Under the pieces are notes generated by a model. The model searched no databases. It was not told where the DNA came from and worked only from the letters and a program-made list of their open reading frames with translations. From a virus (lineage: Duplodnaviria; Caudoviricetes): a stretch of 64,000 bases of DNA. The stretch lies in IMG/VR virus record IMGVR_UViG_3300032116_022045; one strand, given 5' to 3'. The first letter of the stretch is position 1; each line of letters opens with the position of its first letter. Both the position numbers and the translations under genes were made by a program. Of this stretch, positions 35,943 through 46,326 are shown piece by piece.

Positions 35943-38900
35943 TTATATTTTTATTTGTTTATCTCCAATACTTGGTAATGTTTGTGCTGGTAAAATTGCT
36001 ATATCACCAATTACTTCTGGTTTTTTTCTACCTAAAGGTAAACAAGTATCAACATTTACTACTTCACCACTAAAAAATTCAAAACCTTGTTGTTGTCCTC
36101 GTCTTATCTCAAAATGTAAATGCGCACCACTTGATTCTCCTTCCATAGGTAGTTTTAAATCACCACCTAAATATGATGGATTATTATCATCACCACCACT
36201 TTTTGCTATTATTTGATTTTTAATAACATTTATACCTGGATTCCAATATTTACTTAAAATTTTTGTTTTTAAATCTTGTGTTAAATTATTATTTGATACA
36301 TTAGCAACTATATTTGATTCTATATCTGATAAATGACCATATAATGATTTATAATAAAAACCATCACTTAATAAACCATGGTTTATAATTAAATAAAGAC
36401 CATACCCTGAACCAGACCCTTGATATGCTATTTTCTCTATTGTACCATTATAGATAGCATACAAATCGGAACCCTTTTTAGCTGGTATATCAATACCTTT
36501 ATGTACATCACCTTTTTCATGAAATAAATTAACACCTCTACCTAAGCGTATATAACTTCTTATAGGGTCATCGAACCCTAAATCTTTTTCTGGTATTGCA
36601 CCAGATTCACCTGCACTGCTATTACTTATAAACTCACTTGGTGTACTATAACCTAACGCTTTACTTATATTTACAAATAAAGATTGTCTATCAACTAGAG
36701 GTAATTGAGAATATTTAATTCTTTGACCAGTAAATGATGTTGTCATGTAATTAGGTTTTATATTATGTGATACATTTGTTATTAAATAAGCACCATGAAA
36801 CATTGGTATATTATTTAATTGAAAATACATCATTGGTTGTATCATAGGGTTACCTAACATGCTTACTTTTGCGGAATAACTTCTAACATTATATACGTTA
36901 TATAAATTTTGTCCAATAAATGTTCTATTATTTTCAGATTTATTATCGACCAAATCTGAAGTAGTTCTAAGTGATTCATCAGTTTCTTTAAATTCGCTTT
37001 GGTCTAATTCAATATCTGTAAATATACTTTGATTTTGTTGGCTATAATTAACTTTAAAAACAGCTAAACCATTTTCAGTTCCAGTGTTATCAAAATCTGA
37101 TGGTATAGTACTATTATTTGATGGACATATAAAATCAAAACCATCATTTTTTAAATTAGCCGAATCACTTAAATCTAACGCTCTAGACTTTTCTCCAGAA
37201 TAAATACAAATAAATGTTGGTCCACATGTTGGTGTTTTATCATACCAATCTGGAAACGTTTTAAAAACCGATTTTAATTCTTCTTCATCACGATAATTTA
37301 TAAATGTTGGTAATGGTATAAAATCAAAATTATTATCAGTTAATAACTTAGCATAAAAATTATAAAAACTTATATTAGGGTTTGTGTTTATAGTGTTTGG
37401 TATTTCAGAAGGGTTTATATAAAAAACATCACCAATATCTCTAAAACTTCTAGAAACAAATCTAAAACTATCTAATAATGTCGCACCATTAGTTTTATTA
37501 AATGATGCATAATCACCAGTACATTTATAAATTATTTTATTTTCATCTTCAGAACTTGTAACCCATTTATCATTTATGTTTTTACAAAATTTATATAAAT
37601 TTAACTTAATTATATTTAAATCAGCCGTACCAAAAGTTTTTTGTAGTGCTTGTTTATCTTCATTAGCTAATTCTTCTTTTTTTACATTTAATAAATCATA
37701 TATTGTTTTTATATATAATTCTAAATTTTCTTTTTTAGATGTTATTTCAGAATATCTAGTATTAGCTAATTTTGGGTCTAACCATATTTTATAACTAGTG
37801 TTAGCAATAACAACTTCTTCCTTTAACCCATCAATAATAAGAGTTACTGGTGTTGTTTCTCCATTAATAATTGTATTATATTTACCTTTTAATTCTAGTT
37901 CTATAAAATATTTAGTATTTTGTTCTACATTATTAATTATAATATTGTTATAATATGTTAGATTGAATGTTTTTTCTAATGTTGTTTTGCTAACATTTGT
38001 TAGTGTTGTTAACAAATCTACTTTTGATTTAAACGTTACCACATCACCATTATGTATTTCTAATTTTGTTTTAAAATCTTGCCAATCGTTATTAACAAAA
38101 TCAAAAAAAATTTTTTTAAATTCTTCTTTAACTTGAGCTGGTAATGATTCTAATATTTCATCATAATCTTTTTTAAATGTTATGTTTGAAATTAATGGAA
38201 CAAATTTATTGAGTACTATAATACTAAATAAATCGTTTCTATTAGGTGTCCAAACATCACCTTGACTAAATAACTCTGACCAATTTATTGGGTCTATACT
38301 ACCAGAACCACCACCAACTATTCTTAGATTATTGTCTAAAGTATAAAGTGATTTATCATTTCTCCAAATTAAACCACCTATAAAAGCACACCAAAGTTTT
38401 GGTACATGTATAAAAGAAGCTTTTTTATTAAAAAGATTTAAAACTTCGGTTGTGAATATATTTATTGTGTCTTGAAAAACACCTTCTTTATAATAAGTGA
38501 AAGGTAATGTATTTAAAAATAATAATGCCTTGCTATAATTACCAACTATTTTTCTATATGGTGTTGTGTCTTCTTGTGAATAATAAAAAGAAGAACCAAA
38601 TAAACTAAAACCATAATAATTAGAAAAAGCGTTTATAAACAAACTAATAGGATTATTTACACGTACACCATCTTCACCTCTAAAAATTTGTTTTACAAAA
38701 GGATATGTTATATCAGTTTCATTTTCAATTAAAAAGTTCCTTATTTTACCAAATGATTTATCATCTTTATACATTGGTGTGTTTTGTTTTGCAGTTACTA
38801 TATCAGAATAATCAGTTACTATTGGTATAACATTATTACTTAAATCATAAGGACTTTTATCATCATTAGTTCTAGGTTTACAAATTGAGTTAAAACTATT

Positions 38901-41432
38901 TGAATGATAAAACATATATTTTAAATCTGATTCACCCAAATTTTCATCATCAAAATTCATTTTAACAAATTCTTGAATACCATAACTACCACCAAAAGAA
39001 TTAAGTCCAGCACTATTTGCACTTGAATCTTTTAACCCAGATAAAGAAATAACATTATCAGTTGGAACTTCATATTTTAATTCTTTTAAATTTGCTTGAT
39101 TATAAAAATCATCTAAATTAAATATCTTAATATAAACACCACCATTTAAACCTTTTAATAAACTATTTTCAGCACTATAATTAGTTAAAAAAACGCTAGT
39201 TTCTGATTTAACATTTAAATCTTTTATTATTTCACTGCTTTGTTTTTTTGGTGATGGCCATTTTGTAAATGAAGTTGTTTCATTAGGGTTAAAATCATTT
39301 TGTATTGGTAATACTTTATATGGTGAATCATTTGCATCACGATATTGTATAAAATCATATTTATAATTTTGACCGTCATCAACAATAATAGGTTTATTAA
39401 AACCAAATGTACCTTTTGTATTTGTTATAAATGTATTAGGGGTTGCTAAATCATTTATTAATGCTATAATCAATTGTTTATCTTGGATTTCACTTAACAA
39501 ACTAGCCTCAGCTTCAGCCATTTTTGTTATTTCATCATTTGTTAAATTAGTTTCATTGTTACTATAACCTAAAAAAGTTATAGCTCGCATTAAAAGTAAT
39601 GTTTTTAATGAAGCAAAATCATTTGATTGTGTGTCCAATCTAGAATAAGGTGTTTTATCAACACCAAATAATATAGTGTCAGCTGGATTAACAGGTATCC
39701 AATTTTTTTCTAAATTAGAAGTTGCTATTTCTTCAAGCCTTTTTTGTTTCTCTCTCTCTATAAACGCTTGTAATAAATTTTCAACAAATAATAACTCATC
39801 TATTTTACTTTCATTATTACCTTTTATGTTTTGAGCTGACCCTAAATATTTTTCAACATATGAATCACCTTGGTTAGTACCTTTTTCAAAATAAGAAGGC
39901 CAAGGATAATAATTATTATTTTTATTATCGTTGTTACTATAATCATTTTTGTAGTAATCACTAGAAAAAGTTTCTTTTAATATATTTTTTCTTTCTTGGT
40001 TTTTTTCAGCACTAACTGAAACTTTAAAAATAACTTTTAAAAAAGTTTCAATAGCTTTAGTGAAAATTGATGTAACATATTTTATAGTAGGTGTAAAATT
40101 TGAATTACTTGCTAAGTTTTCTATTTGTTGATTAAACTCTATCGTATTTTTATCTTTAGCTAAATTTATTTCTGATGTTATTTCATTTAAAGCACTTATT
40201 GCTACTCTTGTATCAATATAAAAAAATTCTTGAGTGTCTGTTAATGTTGATTTATTTTTAATTAAATCAATAAGTTCTTGTTTTTTTACTTCTATTGATG
40301 AACTAGTAATAGGACCAAAACTTATAGCACCATTTTTAATATCGTTTATCGTTATTTTTTTACTAAATTCTAAGGATAAAAGATTTTCATTTAATTTTAT
40401 TGTGTTATCGGTATTAAAAGTATTTATTAAATCTTTAATTGAGTTATTATATATATCTATTTGTGTTTTATCATCATTACCAGATAATATTATTTTATAA
40501 AAATCCAATAAATCGTTGGTGTTATTAGGTTTTTTATCTTCAACAACAAAAGTTGTTTCTACTGTTGAACCTAAAGTAGTTATTTGGTCTTTAATTTGAT
40601 TTATTATATTTTCACAATCTTCTAATTTTTCTTTTGTTTTTGAAGCTTCAGTGTTTTGCGATAATTTAGTTAGGTCATTATTAAAATCTTGTACTTGTTT
40701 TATAAATTCATCAATTGTTGGTATATTACTGTTTTTATATTCTTCTTTACCTAAATCAGTATAATTAATAACCGATAAATAACCTAGTAACATATCAGCT
40801 AACATTGCATAAGTATAACCAATAAATTTAGCCGTTATTTCAAAATTACCTGTTTGTGAATTAAATTTAGAAGAAAAATTTGTCATGTGTAGACAATATT
40901 TAACAGGTTTACCAAAATAACCTTTAATAGTTAATTCATATAATGGATATGGAAAATCAAATAATACACGATATTTGTTCTTATTTAATTGATAATCATT
41001 TTGAAATATAGCACTACCTCTAATATCAACAAAGTTAATTGTTACCATAGGATGGTAAGAAGTATCGAATTCAATATTAATATCAGTTATACCAAAATTT
41101 TCATCATTATCTCTTTCATTATTATCAAATGATGTTGTTAATAATGTATAGTTTGTCGTTAATGATTTATTTTTACTTTCTATACTATCATCACCAATAA
41201 ATGAAATAGTGACACCACCTGTCTCTTCAGTTGTTTGTTGTTGTCCTGACGCTCTGAAAATTGTTCTACCTCTTGTAGTAGTTCTTAACTGAACTGATAT
41301 GTTTAATTCTTCATTTTGAATAGGAACATTATTAGTTGAATCCAAAAAATCTCTACCATCATTAGGGTCAATTATTGTTATTCCATTTACAGAACAACCA
41401 GTTTTATTTTTATTAATAGATTCAGATGCCAT
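35943..41432 (-). CDS. Baseplate hub/spike-like protein with C-terminal M23 peptidase
   Basis: 1829 aa; GNPMIQPMMYFQLNNIPMFHGAYLITNVSH (gp27/hub-like); HKGIDI...YGHLS...GAHLHFE (M23). Confidence 0.8.
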   Translation of the reverse strand: MASESINKNKTGCSVNGITIIDPNDGRDFLDSTNNVPIQNEELNISVQLRTTTRGRTIFRASGQQQTTEETGGVTISFIGDDSIESKNKSLTTNYTLLTTSFDNNERDNDENFGITDINIEFDTSYHPMVTINFVDIRGSAIFQNDYQLNKNKYRVLFDFPYPLYELTIKGYFGKPVKYCLHMTNFSSKFNSQTGNFEITAKFIGYTYAMLADMLLGYLSVINYTDLGKEEYKNSNIPTIDEFIKQVQDFNNDLTKLSQNTEASKTKEKLEDCENIINQIKDQITTLGSTVETTFVVEDKKPNNTNDLLDFYKIILSGNDDKTQIDIYNNSIKDLINTFNTDNTIKLNENLLSLEFSKKITINDIKNGAISFGPITSSSIEVKKQELIDLIKNKSTLTDTQEFFYIDTRVAISALNEITSEINLAKDKNTIEFNQQIENLASNSNFTPTIKYVTSIFTKAIETFLKVIFKVSVSAEKNQERKNILKETFSSDYYKNDYSNNDNKNNNYYPWPSYFEKGTNQGDSYVEKYLGSAQNIKGNNESKIDELLFVENLLQAFIEREKQKRLEEIATSNLEKNWIPVNPADTILFGVDKTPYSRLDTQSNDFASLKTLLLMRAITFLGYSNNETNLTNDEITKMAEAEASLLSEIQDKQLIIALINDLATPNTFITNTKGTFGFNKPIIVDDGQNYKYDFIQYRDANDSPYKVLPIQNDFNPNETTSFTKWPSPKKQSSEIIKDLNVKSETSVFLTNYSAENSLLKGLNGGVYIKIFNLDDFYNQANLKELKYEVPTDNVISLSGLKDSSANSAGLNSFGGSYGIQEFVKMNFDDENLGESDLKYMFYHSNSFNSICKPRTNDDKSPYDLSNNVIPIVTDYSDIVTAKQNTPMYKDDKSFGKIRNFLIENETDITYPFVKQIFRGEDGVRVNNPISLFINAFSNYYGFSLFGSSFYYSQEDTTPYRKIVGNYSKALLFLNTLPFTYYKEGVFQDTINIFTTEVLNLFNKKASFIHVPKLWCAFIGGLIWRNDKSLYTLDNNLRIVGGGSGSIDPINWSELFSQGDVWTPNRNDLFSIIVLNKFVPLISNITFKKDYDEILESLPAQVKEEFKKIFFDFVNNDWQDFKTKLEIHNGDVVTFKSKVDLLTTLTNVSKTTLEKTFNLTYYNNIIINNVEQNTKYFIELELKGKYNTIINGETTPVTLIIDGLKEEVVIANTSYKIWLDPKLANTRYSEITSKKENLELYIKTIYDLLNVKKEELANEDKQALQKTFGTADLNIIKLNLYKFCKNINDKWVTSSEDENKIIYKCTGDYASFNKTNGATLLDSFRFVSRSFRDIGDVFYINPSEIPNTINTNPNISFYNFYAKLLTDNNFDFIPLPTFINYRDEEELKSVFKTFPDWYDKTPTCGPTFICIYSGEKSRALDLSDSANLKNDGFDFICPSNNSTIPSDFDNTGTENGLAVFKVNYSQQNQSIFTDIELDQSEFKETDESLRTTSDLVDNKSENNRTFIGQNLYNVYNVRSYSAKVSMLGNPMIQPMMYFQLNNIPMFHGAYLITNVSHNIKPNYMTTSFTGQRIKYSQLPLVDRQSLFVNISKALGYSTPSEFISNSSAGESGAIPEKDLGFDDPIRSYIRLGRGVNLFHEKGDVHKGIDIPAKKGSDLYAIYNGTIEKIAYQGSGSGYGLYLIINHGLLSDGFYYKSLYGHLSDIESNIVANVSNNNLTQDLKTKILSKYWNPGINVIKNQIIAKSGGDDNNPSYLGGDLKLPMEGESSGAHLHFEIRRGQQQGFEFFSGEVVNVDTCLPLGRKKPEVIGDIAILPAQTLPSIGDKQIKI

Positions 41433-41745
41433 ACAATGTTTTATGGTTATTAACTTGTGTTACATACCTAGATAAACCAGAACTATATGGAAAAGGAATC
41501 CTTAATACTGTCATATCTGGTATATTAAATTCTAACCCACCAAATTGTGGATTAGCTAACAAAATTAACCAACCGCTATAAGGATTATTATAATACTCAT
41601 TACTAACATTGTCAAGTCTTGTATTGCCTTTTTTATATAAAGCATATTTATCATTAGGGTCTTCTGGGATTACAATACCAGGTACTGGTTTTATGATATT
41701 ATCACCAATCTTAAAGTCTGAATATCTATCAAAATATTGTGCCAT
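41422..41745 (-). CDS. LysM-like baseplate protein (T4 gp53 / P2 gpX-like)
   Basis: RLDNVSNEYYNNPYSGWLILLANP...LRIP. Confidence 0.8.
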   Translation of the reverse strand: MAQYFDRYSDFKIGDNIIKPVPGIVIPEDPNDKYALYKKGNTRLDNVSNEYYNNPYSGWLILLANPQFGGLEFNIPDMTVLRIPFPYSSGLSRYVTQVNNHKTLYGI

Positions 41746-44700
41746 TATTTTAAGTTTAAAAATGGGTTAGTTAAATTTTTATTACCTATATTATTATTAT
41801 TATATTTTACTATAAGTTTATAATCTTTTTTATAATTATTTTCTAATGTATCCTTATTTATTATTTCTATTATATTACCATTTAACAATATTTTTTTTAT
41901 ATTTTCACTATCTGTGAATACATTACTATAAATTGTTTTAATATCAGTTATATTTGTTTCTTGTTCACCAAAAATTGTTATTTGATTTGGGTCTGGATAA
42001 GTTATTTCTTCATTTATTGTTATATTAACACCTTTTTTTATTAATTTATTAAATTTATCGTCATTCATTCCAGTAACAAAATTACCATTAGCATCAAATA
42101 TATTTTGACTTTCTAATTTTATTTTAAGTAATAAATTAGTTATATTGGATTGTTCAATAAGCCAATCAGCTTCTTGTATCCTTGTTATTTTAGGTTCACT
42201 TGTTGTACCTGATTGTGATGGTACTTCTCCATTAAGTTGTTTATCAGCTTCTTGAGTTTGATTTGATGGGTTATAACTTAAAGATTTACCAATATCACTA
42301 CCACTGCCACTACCACCCTTAAATTTATCATCTGTAGTAGAAAATGGTTCAAATGAATCATTTGCATTTTTAATACCATTCTTAATCGTACCATTTCCAC
42401 TAGTATCAATTTCTATGTAATCAGCCCTTGGGTCATAAACTTCAGTATTTGCATAATAATTAAAAGATAATGCGTTTTGTAATTTATTTAAAGGACCATT
42501 TAATGATGAACCACCAATAATCTTAAGACCTAATGTAACTTTTGCAATCATTGGTTGAACACCAATACCTTCTGGGTTTAAATCCCAAACTAATGGTTCA
42601 TAATCAATACTTAAACTATCAATAGCTATTTTTGTGTGAAAGAAATCACCAATTCTTAATATACATATAGGTGCTCTACCAAAAGCTAAGTTATCAGCTC
42701 CTTGTTCTTCTTTTGTCGCCCCTTGTCTAGTGCATTGATGTAAAAATGTTAACCTAGAATTTAAACCTTCTGGTGTTGTTGAATGGAACGCTGGATGAAA
42801 ATATTTTATCTTTTCTCTAAAACTATCAAAAATAAACGAACCACCTTCATTATTACAATCACCTTTTTCTAACTTTTCAAAGAAATTAAGTTCATTGTAA
42901 AAATTATATCTACCATCAGTATCTTTTATAGTTTCAGTTATTGTTGTTGTTGTTGTTGTTGTGTTATCTGGTTTAACTTCTTCTGATGCCTTTTCTGGGT
43001 TTGTGTTGAAAGTAATTGTTACATATCTACCTTCTTTACAGGCTTTAGCATCTGGTCTGGTTGGGTTTAAGTTGGTTGGAGTTATTTTTGGTTTACAGCT
43101 TTCACTTTCAACTACTTGACCACTTATAATTTTAATATCGTTAGTTATACCTACAGTATTTTTTAAATAATATTCAACCGCTTGAGACCTATAATTAGTT
43201 AATTCTGTTTGGTCTCTATTGCCTTTTTCTTTATCAACACCACCTTGTATTGTTGCAAATCCTTGAATTGTTATAGTGCAAGTTTTACATTTATCATCTA
43301 AATGTTTTTTTAAATCTGTAAAAAAATTAGGGTCTTGCAACGTATATGGTTTACCATCAATAGATAATTTTTGGTTTACACCATTTAAACCAAAATTAGT
43401 TTTATCCGTAAAATCTGTGTTTGATGTATAACCACCATCAAAATTACCTATACCACCCCATTTTGAAGTCGGGTCATTAACACCTGGTGGATATCCTTCC
43501 ACACCAGCTGCATTAATAGTATAATCTATTGGTGTATTTAAATTAAACCCAGATTCATATTTGTTTGTTGTACTACCAATGCCACCATTTAAAATCTTAT
43601 CAACTGAAACATTTATATCATTTTGACTAGGATAGTCATTAGGAAAATAAATTTTAAATGAATTCATTGGTACTTTTTCTTCACTAGCTGTTTTTTGTTC
43701 TTCTGATGTTGCTGAACTATTTTGAGTTTGTTCTGTTTTTTGTGTTATTTTTTCTCTTATTTTTGTTGCTATTAATTCATTAGTTAATGTTTCATCAGGT
43801 AAAATACAACAACCAGCAAAAAATGACGCTATATAATTATCATCAGGTCTGTTATTTTTATTTTTAAACGCATTAGCATATGTAGGATGGTCAACTATAA
43901 TAGAAAATGATAATGTACCTGTTCTTTCTGTATTATTATATGTATATATTGGTTCGCCTCTCCCGATAAAATTTGTTGATTCCCATTGAACTGATACACT
44001 TTCAGAAAAATTAATATCATATGGTGGAAACCACATTATTCTACCTTTTCTATTTGTTGTTGTGTCACCTGGTCCTCTTTCACCAGCAGGTAAATCAGGA
44101 TAATTATCATTCCAAGCTAAATTTTCAATAGAAAACATATAATTTTTAACATTAGCTTTTCTTGTTATGATAGGTCCATTTTGGTCAAAATCACTTGTAT
44201 ATGGTGCTATCTTAACAAATCCAGTATCTTCTAACACAGATAAATTAGGATTGAATTTATCATTTCTATAAGGCATATTATCTTTAAGTAATGCACTTCT
44301 TCTGATTAAATTACCTATACTATCATATCTATTAGTTGCAACCCAACTCCTACAAAATATATCATCAGCACTACCACCAACACCATTAAACGTATAATTA
44401 GTGAATTGACCACTTTTTAGCACAGCACTACCCTTAGACGTGGCATTACCATTAGCTGTACTTATTTGAGTTGAATCTCTTAATTCTGTATCACCTTTAA
44501 CAGACACTATATTTCTATTACTAGAACTATTAAATAATTTTTGTGTCTTTTTTAATAATGTTTTCTTTAAATTCTTACCATTATACTCATCTGGGAAAAC
44601 ATTAGAAACAGGTAAAAAAGGTATTGTTGTTGTGCTATCATTTACTCTATTTAATGGTCCTGTTTGTAATGGAGATGGTGTGTCTTGACTTTGGTTATCA

Positions 44701-46103
44701 CTTACCCAAGTAAATGTTGTTGTTTTAGGTGTTCTACCATTATATTTCGTTATATTAGGTAAAACATCTTCAAAACCATAAAAACCATATTCATCTATTT
44801 TTCGTTTATTATAATTTAAATCTGGTATTATTCTATCATTAATACTTAAAGGATTTATTAATGTACCATTACCATTATAATAAGCGTATATATTATAGTC
44901 ATTTGATTTAATATCTCTATCATTAGTATAACCAGCAGCATAACCACTTCTAAATGTCGCTAAACTAGGGTTATCAATACCATATATACCTTGCAAACTA
45001 CCGTTAACGTTTGTTATTAAGGCTTTTATCTGACCTTTACCAGTGTTATCTAACATAGCATTAGCTCTTGCTATATTTTCGCTATTACCGTTTTCATATT
45101 GAAAAATAGAGCCGCTATCTTGTAGATAACTTTTAGGTAAAGTAAATCCTAATATTCTTGATGTATAATCAGCTACTCTACCTAATGTATCACCAGGTAC
45201 AGTAATCTTATAGTTAGGTCTAAATACTGGTGATGTACCTTCTTTTATTAAATTTAATATATTTTCACCAACATTTAAACTACCTAATATCTCTTGTTGA
45301 ACATTAAACGCTGCGTTATTTCCTAATGCAACTGCAAGTTGTTGTGCACCAATAATACCTAATTCAGTATCATTTAATACACCTGTCAATCCCAATGCTC
45401 TACCAGCTAATGTTGACCTTAAATCAAAATTTGTTACTAACCCTTCATTTGAAAAACCTAATCCTTGGCCATTCAATAAACTACCAATAACATTAGAAGC
45501 TTGAACAGCACCTCCTTGTCCTAAATTTAAAGCACCGTATTCATTTAAATAACCATTTATTTGTTTAGTTATTTGTGACTCTGTTTGGATTTGAGCATCT
45601 GTTTGTTCAGACGCATCCAAATATTCATTCTTTGCCGTATTAAACTCTCTATAACCAGCGTTATTTGTTTTACCTATAATACCATATTGACTAACCTCAT
45701 CTGTTGCTGATTCAGGGTATTGTTGCGTACCATGTGGCCATTCAGCATCACCAAATTGTGGATTATTTATATCTTGAATATAATCTACCGTTACATAAGG
45801 ATTTGTTCTTGTATCTTGGTCTGGTCTAAATGTATTTCTACCAAAACTATCTTGTGCATTATTGGCACTATATTCTTCAATAGGTGAAAAATCAGGTGTT
45901 ATATTTGAATTAGTACCAACTACAGTATCTAATACAGGTTCACCTATTCTTGGTGAACCATTAACATTTGTTGATATTTGTGGGTATCTTGGTTGTAATT
46001 TTTTATTTAATAAAAAATCTCTAATACCAAAATTAGTAGCAATATCTGTTATGGTATTTTTATTACCTGGTGTTGGTTCAGATGTATTATAAAAAATTGG
46101 CAT
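41745..46103 (-). CDS. Baseplate hub/tube-initiator protein with OmpA-like domain
   Basis: 1452 aa; IMWFPPYDINFSESVSVQWESTNFIGRGEPIYTYNNTER (gp48/54-like); IYFPND...ITIQGFAT...YRSQAVEYYL...RYVTI (OmpA-like). Confidence 0.7.
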   Translation of the reverse strand: MPIFYNTSEPTPGNKNTITDIATNFGIRDFLLNKKLQPRYPQISTNVNGSPRIGEPVLDTVVGTNSNITPDFSPIEEYSANNAQDSFGRNTFRPDQDTRTNPYVTVDYIQDINNPQFGDAEWPHGTQQYPESATDEVSQYGIIGKTNNAGYREFNTAKNEYLDASEQTDAQIQTESQITKQINGYLNEYGALNLGQGGAVQASNVIGSLLNGQGLGFSNEGLVTNFDLRSTLAGRALGLTGVLNDTELGIIGAQQLAVALGNNAAFNVQQEILGSLNVGENILNLIKEGTSPVFRPNYKITVPGDTLGRVADYTSRILGFTLPKSYLQDSGSIFQYENGNSENIARANAMLDNTGKGQIKALITNVNGSLQGIYGIDNPSLATFRSGYAAGYTNDRDIKSNDYNIYAYYNGNGTLINPLSINDRIIPDLNYNKRKIDEYGFYGFEDVLPNITKYNGRTPKTTTFTWVSDNQSQDTPSPLQTGPLNRVNDSTTTIPFLPVSNVFPDEYNGKNLKKTLLKKTQKLFNSSSNRNIVSVKGDTELRDSTQISTANGNATSKGSAVLKSGQFTNYTFNGVGGSADDIFCRSWVATNRYDSIGNLIRRSALLKDNMPYRNDKFNPNLSVLEDTGFVKIAPYTSDFDQNGPIITRKANVKNYMFSIENLAWNDNYPDLPAGERGPGDTTTNRKGRIMWFPPYDINFSESVSVQWESTNFIGRGEPIYTYNNTERTGTLSFSIIVDHPTYANAFKNKNNRPDDNYIASFFAGCCILPDETLTNELIATKIREKITQKTEQTQNSSATSEEQKTASEEKVPMNSFKIYFPNDYPSQNDINVSVDKILNGGIGSTTNKYESGFNLNTPIDYTINAAGVEGYPPGVNDPTSKWGGIGNFDGGYTSNTDFTDKTNFGLNGVNQKLSIDGKPYTLQDPNFFTDLKKHLDDKCKTCTITIQGFATIQGGVDKEKGNRDQTELTNYRSQAVEYYLKNTVGITNDIKIISGQVVESESCKPKITPTNLNPTRPDAKACKEGRYVTITFNTNPEKASEEVKPDNTTTTTTTITETIKDTDGRYNFYNELNFFEKLEKGDCNNEGGSFIFDSFREKIKYFHPAFHSTTPEGLNSRLTFLHQCTRQGATKEEQGADNLAFGRAPICILRIGDFFHTKIAIDSLSIDYEPLVWDLNPEGIGVQPMIAKVTLGLKIIGGSSLNGPLNKLQNALSFNYYANTEVYDPRADYIEIDTSGNGTIKNGIKNANDSFEPFSTTDDKFKGGSGSGSDIGKSLSYNPSNQTQEADKQLNGEVPSQSGTTSEPKITRIQEADWLIEQSNITNLLLKIKLESQNIFDANGNFVTGMNDDKFNKLIKKGVNITINEEITYPDPNQITIFGEQETNITDIKTIYSNVFTDSENIKKILLNGNIIEIINKDTLENNYKKDYKLIVKYNNNNIGNKNLTNPFLNLK

Positions 46104-46150
46104 TTATATAATATTATAATATTATTATTTATTTAATAATAAATAGATTG

Positions 46151-46254
46151 TTTTTATATTTTTTATATAAATTATTTATTATTATTAATATTATATATTA
46201 TATATTATTAATATTATATATTATATATTATTTATTATTATTTATATATATAAA
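46151..46254. repeat. 104-bp tract with no G or C, containing a 23-bp tandem duplication
   Basis: ATTATTAATATTATATATTATAT x2 at 46181-46226. Confidence 0.95.
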
Positions 46255-46285
46255 CAAATATACTGATTTTTTCTGACAAAATCAA
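46255..46285 (-). promoter_or_regulatory. Bacteroidota-type sigma-A promoter firing into the AT tract
   Basis: TTG (46285-46283), 20 nt spacer, TATATTTG (46262-46255). Confidence 0.65.
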
Positions 46286-46326
46286 GTTTTTTTATAAAAA
46301 AATTAACTATTTTTCAATAATTATCA

